Sequence record: SRR2962707_3772
Strand: one strand, 5' to 3'
DNA: 23,861 nt
Positions 19,797 through 23,861 of the stretch are shown here, piece by piece. Each line of letters starts with the position of its first letter. The stretch's first letter is position 1. The notes below the pieces were generated by a model. The model searched no databases. It saw nothing but the letters and a program-made list of their open reading frames with translations, and was not told the DNA's origin. A program made the translations under genes and the position numbers.

Positions 19797-20879
19797 GTGT
19801 CTGTAACATTTAAAGACGTCGCGAAATTAGCGGGGGTATCGACACAAACTGTGTCTCGGGTCACTAATGGCGCGGATAATGTCTCCCCTGAGACTCGTGA
19901 TCGAGTGAATCAAGCGATCAATACGCTAGGCTATATTCCCAATAAAGGCGCACAAATGCTGAGTCGCGGCAAGTCCAAAACCTTGGGCATTGTGTCGCTT
20001 GATATCGCCTTGCATGGGGTGGCTTTGATCGTCAATGGGGTGCGCCAGCAGGCCTATGAAAAAGGCTATGGGGCCGCTTTGTCTATTGTCGAAAATAATG
20101 AATTTGGCAGAATTAAAGCGGCCATCAGAGAGTTGGCTTCTCAGCAAGTGGATTACATTGTGGTGAATGTGCCCTTGACGCAAGAGATGGCAGAGCAGTT
20201 GGTTGAGCAGTTTACCTCGCTGAATTTTATGTTTATTGATGTGCCTGAACACAGCAAGGTGAACTATGTGTGTGCAGAACATACGGAAGGCGCCAAAATG
20301 GCCGTGCAGCATTTGATCGCCTGCCAGCGAGAGGATTTTTTGCTTGTTACAGGGCCTAATGCGTCAACCGGGTCGTCGTTAAGACGGGCTGGATGGCGTG
20401 ACGAGCTGACGCAAAATGGGAAAAATATAGTGGCAAGTTATGAAGGGGATTGGGACGCTCAAAGCGGCTATTTGGCGATTCGTGATGCGCTTGCTAAGAA
20501 GCAATCTTTTGATGCTGTGTTGGTGGCGAACGATCAAATGGCTTTGGGGGTGCTGTGTGCGTTAAATGAGTTAGGAATATCAGTGCCAGATAAGGTGTCT
20601 GTGGTCGGGTTTGATAACATCAGTGACAGTGCCTTTTTTACGCCTCCTTTGACCACGGTGGAACAAGATTTCTTGGCGTTAGGTCAGCAAGCGGTTAAGC
20701 GTTTGTTGGACAGCACAGAGCAGACGCCTCATTCGTATTGCCAATTGATTTTGCCGACGCGGTTAATTGTCCGTTCCAGTACCTCGGTAAAAACCAAGCA
20801 GGGAGAGAATGCTCAAGAAATATTGAATCATTTGGACAAAGCTCGGGCACTCTTGCAATCGTCTCTTGAGAGGAATTAA
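19797..20879 (+). CDS. LacI-like repressor, 360 aa
   Basis: VTFKDVAKLAGVSTQTVSRVTN, GYIPN, EGDW, VANDQMALG, PPLTTV.QDF, all close to E. coli LacI motifs; GTG start after GAGGAG. Confidence 0.93.
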   Translation: MSVTFKDVAKLAGVSTQTVSRVTNGADNVSPETRDRVNQAINTLGYIPNKGAQMLSRGKSKTLGIVSLDIALHGVALIVNGVRQQAYEKGYGAALSIVENNEFGRIKAAIRELASQQVDYIVVNVPLTQEMAEQLVEQFTSLNFMFIDVPEHSKVNYVCAEHTEGAKMAVQHLIACQREDFLLVTGPNASTGSSLRRAGWRDELTQNGKNIVASYEGDWDAQSGYLAIRDALAKKQSFDAVLVANDQMALGVLCALNELGISVPDKVSVVGFDNISDSAFFTPPLTTVEQDFLALGQQAVKRLLDSTEQTPHSYCQLILPTRLIVRSSTSVKTKQGENAQEILNHLDKARALLQSSLERN

Positions 20880-21039
20880 ATCAGATTATCCCGAGAGGGG
20901 TTGCCTCACTTTGCCGATCCAGTGTTTGAGTTTTTCAGAAAAACTGTAAGAAGCGAGTGAGGTGTTGCGTCTAATGCCGACTATTTATGAGCTTTTCATA
21001 AGCACAATCACAAAATATTAAGGTGTTGAGGCGTTTATC

Positions 21040-21840
21040 ATGACAAAAATACTGGTTTTACTGCTTGCGTTGTTTGCTGGGCAAAGTGCGTTTGCAAGCG
21101 CGGCTTCTTTTGATCACAGCAAATGGAATGACTTACTACAGCGACACGTGTATTTACTGAATGGCGGGCAGGCAAGTCAGGTCGATTATCAAGGCTTTGC
21201 TGATGACAAAGCGCAGCTAGATAGTTATTTAACAAGCTTGTCTGGCGTAACGCAGAAACAGTTTGATGCGTGGCCAAAAAACGATCAGTTAGCCTGGCTT
21301 ATTAATGCTTACAACGCTTGGACGGTTGAATTGATTTTAACCAAATGGCCCGATCTAGAATCGATCAAAGACCTGGGTAGCTTATTCAGCTCTCCTTGGA
21401 GTAAAAAGTTTATTCCATTGCTGGGTGAGACGCGTTCTTTGGACAACATTGAGCATACCTTGATTCGAGGCTCTGATCGTTATCAGGACCCGCGAATTCA
21501 CTTTGCTGTTAATTGTGCCAGCATTGGTTGTCCAGCATTGGCTAACCAGGCGTATCAGGGCGACAATCTTGATGCGTTATTAAGTCAGCAAACTCGACTT
21601 TTTTTAGCGGATCGCAGCCGCAATCGTTTGCAAGGCGACACCTTGGCATTGTCTTCTATTTTTAAATGGTATCGAGAAGATTTTGAAAAAGGTTGGCATG
21701 GTTATGACTCATTAGACGCGTTTCTTGTTGATCATGCTGCTGATTTGTCGTTAACGCCAAGCGCCGTAGACCAGTTAAAGCGTCAATCATTGACCCTTGA
21801 TTTCTTGGATTATGATTGGCAATTAAACAGTAAGTCTTAA
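21040..21840 (+). CDS. Exported DUF547-domain protein
   Basis: Signal peptide (AFA-S), QLAWLINAYNA, LDNIEH, DPRIHFAVNCASIGCP, YDWQLN. Confidence 0.9.
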   Translation: MTKILVLLLALFAGQSAFASAASFDHSKWNDLLQRHVYLLNGGQASQVDYQGFADDKAQLDSYLTSLSGVTQKQFDAWPKNDQLAWLINAYNAWTVELILTKWPDLESIKDLGSLFSSPWSKKFIPLLGETRSLDNIEHTLIRGSDRYQDPRIHFAVNCASIGCPALANQAYQGDNLDALLSQQTRLFLADRSRNRLQGDTLALSSIFKWYREDFEKGWHGYDSLDAFLVDHAADLSLTPSAVDQLKRQSLTLDFLDYDWQLNSKS

Positions 21841-21998
21841 TAACACAGGGGCGAATAGCATGGTGTTCATCGCTCATTTTTTGATGGCTGCCATGGTTTC
21901 ATTTTAATGGACTCTGTTGTTGAGACTTTTTCTCAAAGTGGCAATTCTCGATGTTTTTTATTGAGTCACTTTGGATTTTTATTAAGTAAGGATGTATT

Positions 21999-22313
21999 TT
22001 GAAAATCGTTGAACTTCGTGAATATAAAATCAAACCAGGCAAAGCGGACCAATGGGTGACATGGATGCGCGACGAATTGTTGCCGTACCAGCGTTCACAA
22101 GGCATGAGAATTCTCAGCACCAATTTGTATAAAGACGACAAGGGTGATGAGTTCTTTATTTGGACGCGTGAGTTTGATAGTGAGCAGCAACGCCAACAAG
22201 TGTCTGAGCAAACTTACAATGATTGGTGGGTCAATGAGGTGCGCCCAAAAGTAGGGGAGCTTATAGAGTTGGACTCTATTAAGGTAAGAGCAATTACCCC
22301 GCTTTCACTATAA
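21999..22313 (+). CDS. NIPSNAP-family (dimeric alpha-beta barrel) protein
   Basis: IVELREYKIKPGK N-terminal motif; 104 aa; TTG start after AAGGA. Confidence 0.75.
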   Translation: MKIVELREYKIKPGKADQWVTWMRDELLPYQRSQGMRILSTNLYKDDKGDEFFIWTREFDSEQQRQQVSEQTYNDWWVNEVRPKVGELIELDSIKVRAITPLSL

Positions 22314-22340
22314 ATCGTTGATTTATAATCTTATTAGATC

Positions 22341-22372
22341 GTCTGAAGCAAGGCGCTTGCCTTGTTTCAGAC
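22341..22372. terminator. Hairpin between convergent genes
   Basis: 14-bp stem GTCTGAAGCAAGGC/GCCTTGTTTCAGAC (one G:U), loop GCTT; no strong U-tract. Confidence 0.55.
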
Positions 22373-22395
22373 CTCTAAAAGTGTGTTTAGATAAA

Positions 22396-22746
22396 TCAAG
22401 GCGTGAGTGTTTTATTGAGGAAATCTTCTCGAGCAGGGGAGAACATGTCTAACAAAATGCTGTTGTTTTCTAATGCCACCGCACCGTGAACAAAGTGTTT
22501 TTGTGCAATGTACGCATCGCCTTTTTTCAAGATCTGTTTTACGCCATTCACTTCGGCCTCAAAGCTGCCTTCTACGACATAACCAATCTGATCATGAATA
22601 TCATGGGCGTGTGGGTGGCCGACGGCGTTTTTATCAAAGCAAAGATGCACGGCCATTAAGTTGTCTGTGTGACCAACAATTTTGCGTTTAATGCCGCTGC
22701 CTAGATCTTCCCATTCGTGTTCTTGAGATTGAAAAAATGTGCTCAT
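22396..22746 (-). CDS. kdgF: KdgF-like cupin (unsaturated monouronate processing in pectin/alginate catabolism)
   Basis: WEDLGSGIKRKI, HAH..HDQIGYV..GSFE, HGAVALE, LLDMFSPAREDFL. Confidence 0.8.
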   Translation of the reverse strand: MSTFFQSQEHEWEDLGSGIKRKIVGHTDNLMAVHLCFDKNAVGHPHAHDIHDQIGYVVEGSFEAEVNGVKQILKKGDAYIAQKHFVHGAVALENNSILLDMFSPAREDFLNKTLTP

Positions 22747-22779
22747 AGAAACCCCTCGTCTTATTTTTATAATGCCTAA

Positions 22780-22813
22780 TTGTATTATAATATCATAAAA
22801 ATGTTTTAGTCAA
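22780..22813 (-). promoter_or_regulatory. kdgF promoter with overlapping DgoR-type operator
   Basis: TTGACT(22813-22808)-N18-TATAAT(22789-22784); TTGTATTATAA at 22780-22790 overlaps the -10. Confidence 0.65.
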
Positions 22814-22899
22814 AAAAACACGACACTCTGTTGGTCTGAGGTGCTAGAAAAGAAACGGCCAGGGGGGAATTAGAGTGAGGCTGTTATAGAAAAACGGAA

Positions 22900-22940
22900 T
22901 TAAGCGCAGCATCAGGGTTATCGCGTCATGCTGCGCTTAA
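22900..22940 (-). terminator. Probable terminator after the GntR gene
   Basis: 13-bp perfect stem TTAAGCGCAGCAT/ATGCTGCGCTTAA, 15-nt loop, followed by TTCCGTTTTT on the minus strand. Confidence 0.7.
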
Positions 22941-22952
22941 AAGAGAGGGAGA

Positions 22953-23666
22953 TTAGACGGCTTCTGGCAAACGGTGCTTAGTAGATTGCAAATGATCGCG
23001 AGAGGCGTTGCGTGCGCCATCGCTGTCGCCGGCAATAATGGCTTCAAAAATGAGCCTGTGTTCGTTCAAACAGACGCCGCCGTGGGCGGATGAGTGTTTG
23101 ATAAAGGTGGCAAACATGGTGGTTAAAATATTGCCAAATGGTAAGTAGAAATCGTTATTGGTTGAGTTGAAAATAAGTCGATGAAAGCTTAAGTCAACGC
23201 TTGTCCAAGTATCGTGCTCGAAATGCTGAGCGGCTTTTTCCATTTGCTGAAAGATGACAGTGAGCTCTGCTTTCTGTTCTGGCGTGGCGTGGAGCGCTGC
23301 CAGAGCACAGGCTTCTGGTTCTACCGCCCGTCTTAGGCCAAGAAATTGTGTGCAGAACTCCGCTGGATCGCTTAAGCCATCCATCCATTCAATCAATTGT
23401 GGGTCGAGAAAGTTCCAGCGATCTCTTGAGACAACCTTGGTGCCAATTTTAGGTCTGGATTCAAGCAAACCTTTAGAGGTTAGCAATTTAATGGCTTCAC
23501 GCAGCGCTGTTCGGCTCACGCCAAATTGTTCGCATAATGTCATTTCGTTTGGCGCAATTGAGCCTTGCGGCATTTCTCCAGACAAAATACGACGCGCGAT
23601 GGTTCGTGCCACTTGGATATGCAAGCTTCTTGAAGAGGTCGAAATAGAAGTGAAATTATTGGTCAT
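22953..23666 (-). CDS. GntR/FadR-family regulator, DgoR-like
   Basis: wHTH E..LCEQFGVSRTALREAIK.L..KGL; WNFLDPQLIEW linker (DgoR has WNYLD..VLQW); FCD motifs D..FH and EH..I. Confidence 0.92.
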   Translation of the reverse strand: MTNNFTSISTSSRSLHIQVARTIARRILSGEMPQGSIAPNEMTLCEQFGVSRTALREAIKLLTSKGLLESRPKIGTKVVSRDRWNFLDPQLIEWMDGLSDPAEFCTQFLGLRRAVEPEACALAALHATPEQKAELTVIFQQMEKAAQHFEHDTWTSVDLSFHRLIFNSTNNDFYLPFGNILTTMFATFIKHSSAHGGVCLNEHRLIFEAIIAGDSDGARNASRDHLQSTKHRLPEAV

Positions 23667-23812
23667 GGTGTCCTTAGCGTCAAACGTCGCGAGCCAATTT
23701 TAATAAGCGGCTTCAAAATATAGATCAAGATTAGCATGATTTTGTATTGTGACCTATTTGTTGTCCAATAATACTACAAAAGGATCGAATATATGCACCC
23801 ATAGAGTGCGAA

Positions 23813-23840
23813 ACCAACATCCAAGACCAACATCCAAGAC
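23813..23840. repeat. 13-bp tandem duplication
   Basis: ACCAACATCCAAG x2 plus AC. Confidence 0.9.
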
Positions 23841-23861
23841 AGGCATGTATAAAAGCCAGAA

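Noticed and set aside
23254..23703. 149-aa antisense ORF and similar shadow ORFs (e.g. 13285-13746, 19926-20312, 5478-5846, 11072-11455)
   Set aside because: They lie antisense or off-frame to well-supported genes and have no motifs.
23813..23840. Possible start of a CRISPR array
   Set aside because: Unit is 13 bp with no spacer, and there are no cas genes in the window.
1..23861. Mobile elements, prophage, defence systems, tRNA/rRNA, riboswitches
   Set aside because: No transposase, integrase, nuclease, reverse transcriptase or recognisable structured-RNA signature was seen. A covariance-model search was not possible.

Overview
Chromosomal window from a gamma-proteobacterium, probably Vibrionaceae-like (inferred from the galE-galT-galK-galM block with convergent galR; not proven). 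Left part (1-9240): mixed transport and regulatory genes. These are a 5'-truncated TctA-family permease with a TctB-like C-terminal extension, two co-oriented MFS genes (one frameshifted by a single-base loss) divergent from a LysR regulator, an unannotated remnant of a second LysR, an AraC regulator, a lipoprotein with two SnoaL-like domains, and a SulP/STAS transporter. Centre (9500-20900): a complete alpha-galactoside/galactose catabolic locus with Leloir galETKM, galR, a sodium:solute symporter, a GH36 alpha-galactosidase and a LacI-like repressor; operators are readable in the sequence. Right part: DUF547 protein, NIPSNAP-like protein, kdgF-like cupin and a DgoR-like GntR/FadR regulator with matching operators. 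I found no CRISPR array, tRNA/rRNA, transposase, integrase or defence system, and no clearly novel system. The best leads are the two-repressor alpha-galactoside module (possibly for algal galactosides), the DgoR-like/kdgF circuit, and scars of recent rearrangement. All family calls come from reading motifs by eye; no database search was run.
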